32,000 nucleotides of DNA, from the NCBI RefSeq assembly GCF_000392435.1, contig NC_021219.1, positions 480,001 to 512,000 of the forward strand, in the 5' to 3' direction. The notes beneath the pieces were generated by a model. It was not told the origin of the DNA and did not search any database. It worked only from the letters and a program-made list of their open reading frames with translations. This document shows positions 8,052 through 17,300 of the stretch, in pieces. This stretch comes from Candidatus Saccharimonas aalborgensis (GTDB lineage: Bacteria; Patescibacteriota; Saccharimonadia; Saccharimonadales; Saccharimonadaceae). Each line of letters opens with the position of its first letter. The first letter of the stretch is position 1. The position numbers and the translations under genes were made by a program.

Positions 8052-8522
8052 TTGTGCGCCCTGCGCTTTCGCCCAATCCCACAACTTATGAACAACCTCA
8101 CTCTGCGCTTCGCTTACAAAGATATAGACTCTCACTCATCGAGCCTTGAGCGCATTAACAGCGAGCTTAAAGAGCTACTGGTAATGCGGACAAGGGGTCT
8201 AATCGATGACAATGAATATCTAGAGCAAAAAACGTTGCTCTTGGAAGAGTTAGAGTCTGGCAAATCGAAACTAGAGAGATTGAAGTCAAACCCGAGCAAG
8301 GGTGCAAAAGAGACAATCTCACTACTTAACTTCATCCGTAAGGCACAAGATAAATTCAATGGCGGTCAGATATCAGAGCGTAGAGAACTGATAACAATGT
8401 TCGGTCAGAAACTCGATTTATTGTATAAAGAGCTAACTTTCACCCCTGTTAATTGGTTAATCCCGATCAAAGAAAACTATTCTAACGCTAGAACGTCAAT
8501 TTCTTGCGTTAGAACCGCATAA
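8052..8522 (+). pseudogene. C-terminal fragment of a serine site-specific recombinase (coiled-coil region)
   Basis: LERINSELKELLVMRTRGLIDDNEYLEQKTLLLEELESGKSKLERL resembles the C-terminal coiled coil of resolvase-family recombinases. There is an in-frame TGA at 8031-8033 and no catalytic domain upstream. Confidence 0.5.
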
Positions 8523-8548
8523 TTCTAAAGATTTACAGATTGAAAATA

Positions 8549-8573
8549 AACAAAAAGTCTCCGAAGAGACTTT
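8549..8573 (-). terminator. Rho-independent terminator of tRNA-Asn
   Basis: On the minus strand AAAGTCTC-TTCG-GAGACTTT (8554-8573) is followed by TTGTTTATTTTC. Confidence 0.75.
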
Positions 8574-8583
8574 AAAATTCACT

Positions 8584-8658
8584 TGGCTCCGGCAGCTGGG
8601 CTCGAACCAGCGACCTAATCGTTAACAGCGACCCGCTCTACCACTGAGCTATGCCGGA
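8584..8658 (-). tRNA. tRNA-Asn (anticodon GTT), CCA encoded
   Basis: Minus strand TCCGGCA TA GCTCAGTGGTAGAGC G GGTCG CTGTTAA CGATT AGGTC GCTGG TTCGAGC CCAGC TGCCGGA G CCA. Acceptor stem TCCGGCA/TGCCGGA is perfect; anticodon loop is CTGTTAA. Confidence 0.95.
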
Positions 8659-8669
8659 ATACAAGTGCT

Positions 8670-8698
8670 ATTGTATAGCATCTCTCTATCTCTGTAAA
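8670..8698 (-). promoter_or_regulatory. Promoter of tRNA-Asn: TTTACA-17-TACAAT
   Basis: Minus strand -35 TTTACA (8698-8693), exact 17-nt spacer, -10 TACAAT (8675-8670), ending 11 nt before the tRNA 5' end. Confidence 0.7.
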
Positions 8699-8700
8699 TA

Positions 8701-10413
8701 TCACTGTACGTGCAAAGCGTCGAGCTGTCGGGCAAGTTCCGCGATATTTGCCCACGACGAACCATCTGTCATGATCGCTAGTACATACGTGCCGCTCGGA
8801 CTATACACGATAGCAGCATCATGGAGTAAGCCGTCCATAAATCCGACTTTGTCGGCAACCGCGCCATTCACTCCCGAGGGAATCCCGCGCCGATACACAT
8901 TCGCTTTCATCGCGCCAATCAGGCGTTGTTGATTGATCGTCGAATAGTTTTGGCCAGTGGCAATCATACCCAGCATTAGCGAGAGGTCGTTTGCAGTCGT
9001 AAACGGACCGCCGGACTTCATAAAGGTCGAATTGCTGAGACCGACCGCATGAATATCGTTTGTAATCGTCGATAGACCAAGGGTTTTTAGAAACGCTTCT
9101 GCACACGCATTGTCGCTGAGACTAATCATCTTGTTGAAACAATCGGCATTGGTGGCCCAATCACGCTTACCTTCATCAATCTGCTTGAGCAACGTATAGG
9201 CGGCAAAAAGTTTGTAGGTGCTCGCCGTTACAAATTGCTTGTTGCCATTGTAATCGGCCCGCCGACCCTTGCCCCCCAGTTCGATCATCGAAATACCGTA
9301 CACTCCTGAGTGATCGTGAGCATAATTTGCCATCAAGGCCGACATACCGGTGTCACTCGGACTATAGGTGCGTGTATATTGCTCGCTGGGCGGGATAGCT
9401 TTTACCCGCGCAGTTGCTTGCTCCCCCGTACCCGAAACGACACCCTGGATAGTAGCAATCGTGGCTGGTGTGTCAAGCGCTTGGCCGCTGGCGCCATTGA
9501 CACGCGATATCTCGGTGAAATCTCTTGTGGTAATACGCGAGACACCAGCTTGGACTGCAACTTTTGACGCCACGTTCTTTTGTAACCAATCTCCTGCTCT
9601 ATCGCCGTTTACTACTGCTACCAGGTTGCCGTCTTTTTGCGAGAAATCGAGCCACGAAAATAGCTCCTGCGCCCCAATGCTAATGGAGCTACCCCCTACT
9701 AGCATGCTTATTCCAGCACCGATCCGCGTATTGAGTTCATCGGCGGCCCGCTGCGCGAGGGTATCTGTAATCACCGGTGCGGTTTCTTTCATCGCCACCC
9801 TGACTGATGATGGTGTTGTCAGCACGGGCTTGAGTTTTTTGATCGTTGAGAGTACTTCATCTTGCTCGCATTGACCGCCGGTCTTTGACGGCACAAGCTC
9901 GAGTCGAGCGCCATTTGCCTTGAGGGTAGCGTCGACAGGATTTGTTTGACACTCCGGCATGATATGAGCGTTTATGTAGTCATCATAATTATCACCGACA
10001 GTCGCATCGGGAACGACCGTCGACTTCTTTGCTGCCCACCACAGCGACGTCGGGACGAGTCGTAAGTACCACGGATAATCAAGCTGGCTAATGCGGTCGG
10101 TGTTATCTACCTTGATATCCAACTCAGACAAAGTAGGCGATACGACTGATGCTTCACGGTTTCCCATATAAATGCTGACGTGATGTTTGCTGTAGGCATC
10201 ATTGAGCGTTGCTATCGCGTCGCTCTTTTTTTGACCGCCAAGATTCACGCCATCTATCGTTACAAAAGGAAGCAGCCTATCTGAGGGATAGAGAAACTGC
10301 ATCACCAACAGAGCGATGACGAGACCTGCCCCTCCGATAAGTGCGATGCGCTTCCACGAATATTGCTTTAGTCGCATCCAGAAACGCACTACTACTGCGC
10401 GAACACGTTGCAT
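8701..10413 (-). CDS. Membrane-anchored class A beta-lactamase-like serine hydrolase with N-terminal peptidoglycan-binding-like region
   Basis: TASTYKL (SxxK), SDNACAE (SDN), TM near the N-terminus, and a VanW/PG_binding_4-like region (LLPFVTIDGVNLGGQKKSDAIATLNDAY). The ORF track starts at 10422, but that ATG overlaps the -10 box, so M4 (10413) is preferred. Confidence 0.8.
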   Translation of the reverse strand: MQRVRAVVVRFWMRLKQYSWKRIALIGGAGLVIALLVMQFLYPSDRLLPFVTIDGVNLGGQKKSDAIATLNDAYSKHHVSIYMGNREASVVSPTLSELDIKVDNTDRISQLDYPWYLRLVPTSLWWAAKKSTVVPDATVGDNYDDYINAHIMPECQTNPVDATLKANGARLELVPSKTGGQCEQDEVLSTIKKLKPVLTTPSSVRVAMKETAPVITDTLAQRAADELNTRIGAGISMLVGGSSISIGAQELFSWLDFSQKDGNLVAVVNGDRAGDWLQKNVASKVAVQAGVSRITTRDFTEISRVNGASGQALDTPATIATIQGVVSGTGEQATARVKAIPPSEQYTRTYSPSDTGMSALMANYAHDHSGVYGISMIELGGKGRRADYNGNKQFVTASTYKLFAAYTLLKQIDEGKRDWATNADCFNKMISLSDNACAEAFLKTLGLSTITNDIHAVGLSNSTFMKSGGPFTTANDLSLMLGMIATGQNYSTINQQRLIGAMKANVYRRGIPSGVNGAVADKVGFMDGLLHDAAIVYSPSGTYVLAIMTDGSSWANIAELARQLDALHVQ

Positions 10414-10439
10414 AACTTTCATTATATACTGCTTTTGTT

Positions 10440-10823
10440 TTAAGCGAGTTTATCCTCGGGAATATCATACCCAAGAATCTTGAGTGACTCGAGTAGCGTA
10501 GCGATCTCTTTTGCAGACTGCTCGTTGCCCTGACCGCGTAATGCTTCGATTTTCGTGCGTATTTCCTGCTCAGCGGTCTTTGGATGATTTTGTGCAACAT
10601 GAGTACCGATACTACTAACGACTTCAAGTGTACGAGCACTGCTATCTTTTTTTATTAACCAACCACGTGCGATAAGTCCATCAATATGCGTTGCCACAGT
10701 GCTCACTGATTTGTAGTCGAGCGCTCGCATAATTTCTCGATAGCTCGGACCATACCCGTTACCTTTTATGAATCCGTCGATAAAACTAAGCAGTTCGCGT
10801 TGCTTTTTTGTTGGTCGTTCCAT
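10440..10823 (-). CDS. LexA-type winged-helix DNA-binding protein lacking the S24 autoprotease domain
   Basis: PTKKQRELLSFIDGFIKGNGYGPSYREIMRALDYKSVSTVATHIDGLIARGWL is LexA N-terminal-like. The product is only 127 aa and has no visible S24 Ser/Lys dyad region. SD AAAGGAG before ATG. Confidence 0.75.
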   Translation of the reverse strand: MERPTKKQRELLSFIDGFIKGNGYGPSYREIMRALDYKSVSTVATHIDGLIARGWLIKKDSSARTLEVVSSIGTHVAQNHPKTAEQEIRTKIEALRGQGNEQSAKEIATLLESLKILGYDIPEDKLA

Positions 10824-12108
10824 GTGTTTCTCCTTTTGCTAGTACCACCGCTGCCATACCCCACCAAATGATCGATACCGTATCGTCTACCCATACGGGC
10901 AACAATAATCCAACCACGCTCAGTCCGATGCCGCTGCCAAAAAGAGTGAGCGCCAGCCAGTCTGCCCTCCGTGCCCATAGACGCCGCAGTGTAACAATCA
11001 TTATGGAGATAAAGAGACCAAGTCCCAGCCAACCGACTTCGTGAGCGACGAATAAATAGTGGTTTTCGATAATCAATGGCTCACCGCCCATCAACGATGC
11101 CGATCCCGTGCTGCCTACTCCGCTACCAAGTGGTTGCGCTAGCATGCGATTAAGTCCATCACCCAGCGAGGCAGCATGCGCGGTATTTGAATCAACTGCG
11201 GCACCCGTTGTTGGGCTGTCATGCAAAATCACTGTCCTAAAAAATGAGCTGTCTTTCAATAGTAGACTCCCTACGACTAAGAGTGCGGTGACTACTGCTA
11301 GAACAGACCATTTTTTGGCATCAAGATGTTTGCCATAGCGAGCGCCCACCACTGTGAGTATCCCCACCGCAGCACCGATCCAGGCACTTCTCGAGTAACT
11401 TACCCAGAGCGCTATGATGCTACCAACTGCCAAAAATGCATGCAGCCACCGCATACGTTGATCACGCACCGTCCGACCATATTTCATACCGAATGCGACC
11501 ACCCCCACAAGTACAATCAAGGCATAGGCACCGAGCGGGTTGGGGCCCCTCAGGGTACTATTGAAGCGCACGAAATCAGGATTTTTATCGACCGTTATAT
11601 ATGGCTCGATCGTGGCCGAGCTATAGCCAAGATACTTGAGGGCATCGTGCGGTAATACGAGTTGGAGGCAAGTAAACCCTAGTACGACCAAGGCACCTGC
11701 TATGCCAATGGTTATAAACTGCTGCTTATACCGCGGATAGAGTGTGAGAAAGACATAGACAAGGCAAAAATAAAGGAGATATCTGAGATCGATGGAGAGT
11801 CCTGCCACAAGCGACTGCCAGGTGACTGGTTTCAGTAAGGCAACACCACCATGAAGTACAGCAAATGCCAGCATGAGCCGTATCAAGTTGTCCTTTAGCA
11901 GTGTCCGCCACTGGCCTCGCTGTGTCACCGCGACAGCGAGTAGCACGAGAGCAATTATCATCAGTAGTTCTTTCCACGCCTTGATACCAAGTGCCAATGA
12001 CGGCCAATGACTGCCGACAGCTACAATAAGTGGCGCATGCAAAACGATGAGTCCAAAAATAATCAGGAGGAGCCAAGACGGTAGATATTCGAGCAGCACG
12101 CGCTTCAT
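10786..12108 (-). CDS. O-antigen ligase/polymerase-like (Wzy/WaaL) polytopic membrane protein
   Basis: About 10+ TM segments with the large soluble loop and motif FNSTLRGPNPLGAYALIVLVG, plus ENHYLFVAHEVGWLGLGLFI, typical of the Wzy_C family. Confidence 0.8.
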   Translation of the reverse strand: MKRVLLEYLPSWLLLIIFGLIVLHAPLIVAVGSHWPSLALGIKAWKELLMIIALVLLAVAVTQRGQWRTLLKDNLIRLMLAFAVLHGGVALLKPVTWQSLVAGLSIDLRYLLYFCLVYVFLTLYPRYKQQFITIGIAGALVVLGFTCLQLVLPHDALKYLGYSSATIEPYITVDKNPDFVRFNSTLRGPNPLGAYALIVLVGVVAFGMKYGRTVRDQRMRWLHAFLAVGSIIALWVSYSRSAWIGAAVGILTVVGARYGKHLDAKKWSVLAVVTALLVVGSLLLKDSSFFRTVILHDSPTTGAAVDSNTAHAASLGDGLNRMLAQPLGSGVGSTGSASLMGGEPLIIENHYLFVAHEVGWLGLGLFISIMIVTLRRLWARRADWLALTLFGSGIGLSVVGLLLPVWVDDTVSIIWWGMAAVVLAKGETHGTTNKKATRTA

Positions 12109-12148
12109 TATCCTATTGTACCGAAAAATGGTATACTATCGCTACATT

Positions 12149-13585
12149 ATGCCATCAAAAAACACCAAATTGTATAGCCTCATCCTCATCGCTGCCGATC
12201 TCGCTGTCCTGGCGATCGTTTTCTTCATTGCGTATTATGTTCGCACACAGATAGATCATCGCGACTTGCTCCATACCGTTTATTGGCGTGATTACGTTGT
12301 GGGATTCGCTTGTATTGCACCGATTTGGGTACTTACCTACGCCTCGATGGGCCTCTATAGCGCCAATATCTACAATCGCCGACTCGTTGAATGGGGTAGG
12401 GTGCTGCTTGGCACATTGATGGGAATCCTTCTCGTTATCGGATGGGAATACGCAACACGCATGTACATATTTCCTGCGCGTCTCGTGGCTCTCTATGTCT
12501 TTGTCGGCTCGGTACTCTCTGTCATCGTGATTCGCGAGCTATTGCGCATCATTCGTAGCCTCCTCTATCGCTACGGCAAGGGAATTAGCCGAGTGCTCAT
12601 CGTCGGCAACTCCAGCGCAACAAAAGATATTGCCGAAGCATTGTCTTCTACCCAGAAGTCCGGCTATCGAATTGTTGCACTAGCTGGTCCGAAACACTGT
12701 GTTCCCGTCGGCCTCGATATCAAGCATTTCTCATCTACCGATAGCGCGCTCAAGCAAATCCACACCCTCGGCATTACGACAATCATCCAGACCGACCTTT
12801 ACGATAGTGAGGAACGCAATCAACGCATCCTTGGTGCTGCCCAGATCAACCACATTCAGTACAATTTCATTCCGGGTGAGGCTGAGTTTTATACCGGTAA
12901 AAATACGGTTGATGTCTTTCTCGGCTATCCCATGATCACAGTGAGCCAAACGCCACTTGTAGGATGGGGCGCCATCGCAAAGCGCATCTTTGATCTCCTC
13001 GCTTCACTAGTTATGTTGATAATTATCCTGCCTATCCTCGCGGTGCTGTCGCTCTTACAGATACTATTCAACCCCGGCCCGGTATTCTATATCAGCAAGC
13101 GTCTTAGCCAATTTAGTAAACCTATTTTGCTACTCAAGTTTCGCACCATGCGACCCGAGTACGGCAAAAAGGATGCAAGTCTCGAGTTCGAAGATATGGG
13201 ACGACACGACCTCGCCGAGGAATATCGAAAAAATCGCAAAGTGAAGGACGATCCGCGCGTCACTCCATTTGGACGGTTCCTTCGTAGTACCTCGCTCGAT
13301 GAGCTACCTCAGATATTTAATGTCATCCGAGGTGATCTTAGCCTCGTCGGGCCTCGCCCTATCTTGCCACAGGAGGTGAAGTTTAGTTCGAGCCGCGCCG
13401 CGCTCCTCCATAGTGTCAAAAGTGGCGTTACGGGTCTGTGGCAAGTCAGCGGGCGGAGCGAACTAAGCTTCGATGAGCGCATCGAGCTTGAACTTTACTA
13501 CGCCCAGAACTGGAGCTTCTGGCTCGATCTCCGTATCCTGTTCAAGACTATCGGTGTGGTGCTACGCAAAACCGGAGCACGATAG
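12149..13585 (+). CDS. Polyprenyl-phosphate sugar phosphotransferase (WbaP/WcaJ-type initiating glycosyltransferase)
   Basis: N-terminal TMs; C-terminal KRIFDLLASLVMLIIILPILAVLSLLQILFNPGPVFYISKRLSQF...LLKFRTM...RSTSLDELPQIFNVIRGDLSLVGPRPILPQE...SGVTGLWQVSGRS. Start chosen as MPSKNTK (12149). Confidence 0.9.
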   Translation: MPSKNTKLYSLILIAADLAVLAIVFFIAYYVRTQIDHRDLLHTVYWRDYVVGFACIAPIWVLTYASMGLYSANIYNRRLVEWGRVLLGTLMGILLVIGWEYATRMYIFPARLVALYVFVGSVLSVIVIRELLRIIRSLLYRYGKGISRVLIVGNSSATKDIAEALSSTQKSGYRIVALAGPKHCVPVGLDIKHFSSTDSALKQIHTLGITTIIQTDLYDSEERNQRILGAAQINHIQYNFIPGEAEFYTGKNTVDVFLGYPMITVSQTPLVGWGAIAKRIFDLLASLVMLIIILPILAVLSLLQILFNPGPVFYISKRLSQFSKPILLLKFRTMRPEYGKKDASLEFEDMGRHDLAEEYRKNRKVKDDPRVTPFGRFLRSTSLDELPQIFNVIRGDLSLVGPRPILPQEVKFSSSRAALLHSVKSGVTGLWQVSGRSELSFDERIELELYYAQNWSFWLDLRILFKTIGVVLRKTGAR

Positions 13586-13594
13586 GTAATAGAG

Positions 13595-13903
13595 CTAGCC
13601 AAAAAACCAAGCGTTTACGTATGATAGGAGCCCGATTCCCATACACACCAGCAGGCAAAATATATATAGGACTCTTTTTGTCACATGTTTTGCCATCAGT
13701 GCAAAATATATCATAGCGATTCCAAATACGATACTAGTTAGTAATATCGACTGAAACCAGGCATGAAGCGTCTTTTCATCGCTTTCAATACGACCGACTT
13801 TTAACTCGGCGACAATCATCACAATGCTCAACAAAACAACTGGTACATATCCAAATTTCAAGAGAGCTGGTTTTAACCGATTGCTATTATTATTTCTACC
13901 CAC
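13595..13903 (-). CDS. Small three-TM membrane protein (start revised to GTG 13903)
   Basis: Hydrophobic protein. AGGAGG precedes GTGGGTAGAAATAAT, in the same SD/start context as the upstream gene at 14282. The ORF track gives 13939 as the start. Confidence 0.55.
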   Translation of the reverse strand: MGRNNNSNRLKPALLKFGYVPVVLLSIVMIVAELKVGRIESDEKTLHAWFQSILLTSIVFGIAMIYFALMAKHVTKRVLYIFCLLVCMGIGLLSYVNAWFFG

Positions 13904-14314
13904 ACCCCACTCCTCCTGGAATATCTTTCCATTTTCCATTAGTACTAGTTGTCTTGTTAGCTATATAGCTTAGGCTTCTCGTTTGTTAAAAAGTAATACG
14001 AATGCTCATAGAGATGAGAGTATAGATGAACAGTCCTAGCGCTACAAGTAAACTTATTGTTGTCAGTACGATTGCTCTTTTCTTTACCAATAGGAAAATA
14101 CTGGTAATACCGCTTACAAATAGTACCACAAGGGTAAAGTTGTTTAAATGGCTCTGATCGACCCCAGATCGTGCACCCATATAATCGTTGACAAAAAATA
14201 CAACTATTGAAACTAATAGGCTTATCATTGCTATAGCATTAACTTGTGTTATCGATGAAGCTTTATTTTTTTCCTTACCCACACCCCACTCCTCCTGGAA
14301 TATCTTTCCATTTT
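13898..14314 (-). repeat. Perfect 38-bp direct repeat (13898-13935 and 14277-14314) at two successive gene junctions
   Basis: acccacaccccactcctcctggaatatctttccatttt is present at both positions. Confidence 0.95.
13986..14282 (-). CDS. Small three-TM membrane protein
   Basis: 98 aa hydrophobic; GTG start overlaps the stop of the upstream gene; AGGAGG SD. Confidence 0.65.
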   Translation of the reverse strand: MGKEKNKASSITQVNAIAMISLLVSIVVFFVNDYMGARSGVDQSHLNNFTLVVLFVSGITSIFLLVKKRAIVLTTISLLVALGLFIYTLISMSIRITF

Positions 14315-17300
14315 AGTAATTGTAGCTGTCTGGTGGACTGAGTGGCAAGTTTTATTTGGGTGATAGTATCGGGTTTGTAAGTAATACAGATGCTGGAGCT
14401 AGGGTTGTCTTTGGTATGTTTTTTAGCGGAGATATAGGGGATAGGAATGTTCATACTATCTTGTACTATAGCAAGTTTACTAACTACGGGGCTATAGCCA
14501 ACATCTTTACTCGTAGCTAATAGGTTCCATGCTTGGATGGGCTGGATGGCTTTGTCCGGCGTATTAGCTGGGGTGCCGGTAGGAGAATAGTCAGTGATAC
14601 CCAGTTGGGCTTCAGCGGCGTAGAAGTTGCGGAAAAGGTAGATGCGGGTGGGGTCTTCACCCTTCAAGGCATCGCCGTTACGCGCCTGATAGAGTAGCTG
14701 GGCATTATCGGGCTGACCGTCGTGATCGGCGTCAGCAGTGGCGGGTTCAGAGCGGCAGTGGTTGGCGCTGCCCGTCAGACTTTGGGCAGTGAGCGTAAGG
14801 GTACGGACTTCACCCGGCAGGACTTTGCTGAGTGAAGTAGGTTTGTACTCTACGCAGCCGTAGTCGCCAGCACGAAGATAGATACTAGGGATGATGGGAC
14901 TAGCTGATGCAGTAGTGGCCACCGGATCATAGTTACTGATGGTGAAATTAGCATACGGTGCAGTATCTGGGATGCTCTTAGGAGCAGCGAGACTGTACGT
15001 CCTGCCACTACTCGCACCAACGATAGCCCAACCGTCACCATCAGGATCATTGTCACCGCTCACACCAGTAAGTGTAGTGGCGTTGACTCTACGTTCGAGA
15101 TAGAGATAGTTGTCTTTTTCGGGAGCACCAGCGTAGATTCGTGCAGGATCGCCGAGACGGACGCGGTACGGAGCTTCAGGCACGTTTACCTCTGGGTCAC
15201 AAGCGTCGTCTATGCCATCGTGGTCGGCATCGATATTGAGCGGTGTGATATAGGCACACTTATCTACAGAGTCGTCGATACCATCCTCGTCGATGTCATT
15301 CGGGTTGGGTCCACGCACCTCGACAGTTTGGTACAATTCGAGCGGCTTACCATCTGCTCCAATACCCCTCATGACGAGCGTGTGGTAGCCGGCCGGGACT
15401 GATGATGGGATGGTGATTTGAGCTGATGCGGTGCCATCGGACGCAGCAGTAACCTGCCCAAGTGAAGTCGGGTCAGAGTAGAGGGTGATATCGACTTTTG
15501 TTTCAGATGCAAATTTGTATTTTCCTGAATTTACGTTTAGAGTTTCTGTCATTTTGACTAATGTACCGTTCGTGAGTGTATAGTAATGGATTTCTGTATC
15601 ATCCGGAGGCACTCCCTCAGTAAAGTACGGCGGCACGACAGCGTCAGCAGCAGTGATGGAGCTATCTGGGCAAATTTTCACCGATGCATCACTACACGTC
15701 TGGTAGTCGAGGAGACTCTGTCCGCCCACTGCATCCCAGACTGCATTTGCTATATCGACATGTCCGAAATGATTTGGGTGAAAGCCTTCTTGCTGTTCAT
15801 TGCCATTTGCGCCAAAAATATTAGTTATTGCGGTTACATGTTGAGAGTCCACGTCGCAAAGTCGGTGGTTGCCAAACGCATTTTCTATATTAATATATTT
15901 TACTCCGGCTTTTTTGGCAGCTTGTTCGATGATGTTATTCATGTAGATGATAGAGTTGTTGATGAATTCACGTTCAGAAGAGTCAAGGTTGAAGGTATTT
16001 GTGCATTTTGCATAAGGGTTACCGTTGATAAAGATTGGGTAGCCCAACACATATACCTTGGCTTTGTTAACAGAAGCTGCACTCAGCTCAGAGTAAAGGC
16101 TACTCAGGTTTTCAAATTGTCCAATGAGTTCGTTCTTCATCTTTTCGCGCCATTGCGTAGTTGCGTAATCACAGGTTTCTATCTTTCTTACACATATATT
16201 TATTTTTCCTCCGAAATCCACATCATTTCCACCCATAGTCAGCGTGATCACCTTTGGCTGATACTTCTTCACAAATTCAATTTGTTTTTGCCTACCAGGT
16301 ATAAATTCATTGAGGGCTTGTGCTTTGAGCGCTCCATAGTCATAGCCTTTGAGCCTACCACCCTGCCCTATATAGTCATCTACTCCCTGTTCTTTGACAT
16401 CCCAGGCCGTCGCACCAGAGCAAGCGATCGACTGCCATTTTGTAGGAAGCGTGTTGTAGGGACTACCTAGCTCCATACCCGTTGCAAGCATATAGGGGTA
16501 CGACCTCGTGCTTATATGACACTTTTCAACCGGCCGATTTAGTATTAGATCGCCTCCTACAACGCTATAGCCGTTGTCATCAGTGTGGTTTCGGTAGTAT
16601 TTTAGATTACCATTTGGCTGTAGCTCTGTATCTCCCTCGCCGCTACTATACGAATCACCGAGCGCCAGATAATCAAGGCGGTCGTCGACATGTCCTGGAG
16701 CGTAGAGAGTGACCGTACGCTGCACTGAAGCCCCGCCGTGATAGCCAAATTGCAGTTCACTACCCGTTTCATCAAAATGGAAGTCATCAGTCCGAGGATA
16801 CCAGGCATCAGGACCTTGAATGAGGCCATAATCCGATTGCGAATAGAGTTTGTACGGACAGGTGTCGTAGCCGTTCATCGGCCCTTGCGGTTCGGTCGGA
16901 CCCAAACAACTATCGGTGATATGCCAAAACTTCAAGTCCGTAGAACCGCCCGCGACCACCGTACTCCCATCATCACTGACACCCAATGCAGCAACTGGAT
17001 AACCACTATATATGGAGGAATAGGGCGAAGCACCAAAGACTCTGTTTTCTTTTGTCTCCATGTCGTAGCGGATAAGTTTGCCTGGAACACCATACGAATC
17101 ACCGGCATTATAGACGACATAGCGGCCATTACGGGAAATGCCGTAGCGCGTGATCCCCTGTTGTACCCCAGCTGCGGGGAAATCTCGCTCAGCAAGATTG
17201 AGCGAGTAGATACGATGTGTATCCCATGATGGATGTGAATCGAGATGTGCCAGGATATTGTAGACGATATACAATTCACTGTTGATATCCATAACCACAC

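Noticed and set aside
7809-8135. Minus-strand 108-aa ORF and 7873-8082 ORF
   Set aside because: Overlap the recombinase remnant region, no SD, no recognisable motif. Likely spurious in decayed DNA.
8584-8658. att-site duplication of the tRNA-Asn 3' end
   Set aside because: I scanned the flanking regions (about 4960-5600 and 7600-8580) for the tRNA 3' sequence and did not see a second copy, so integration at this tRNA is not demonstrated.
15586-16470. Plus-strand 294-aa ORF and other plus ORFs at 16482-17454
   Set aside because: Entirely antisense to the SGNH hydrolase, whose motifs are unambiguous. Composition is atypical.
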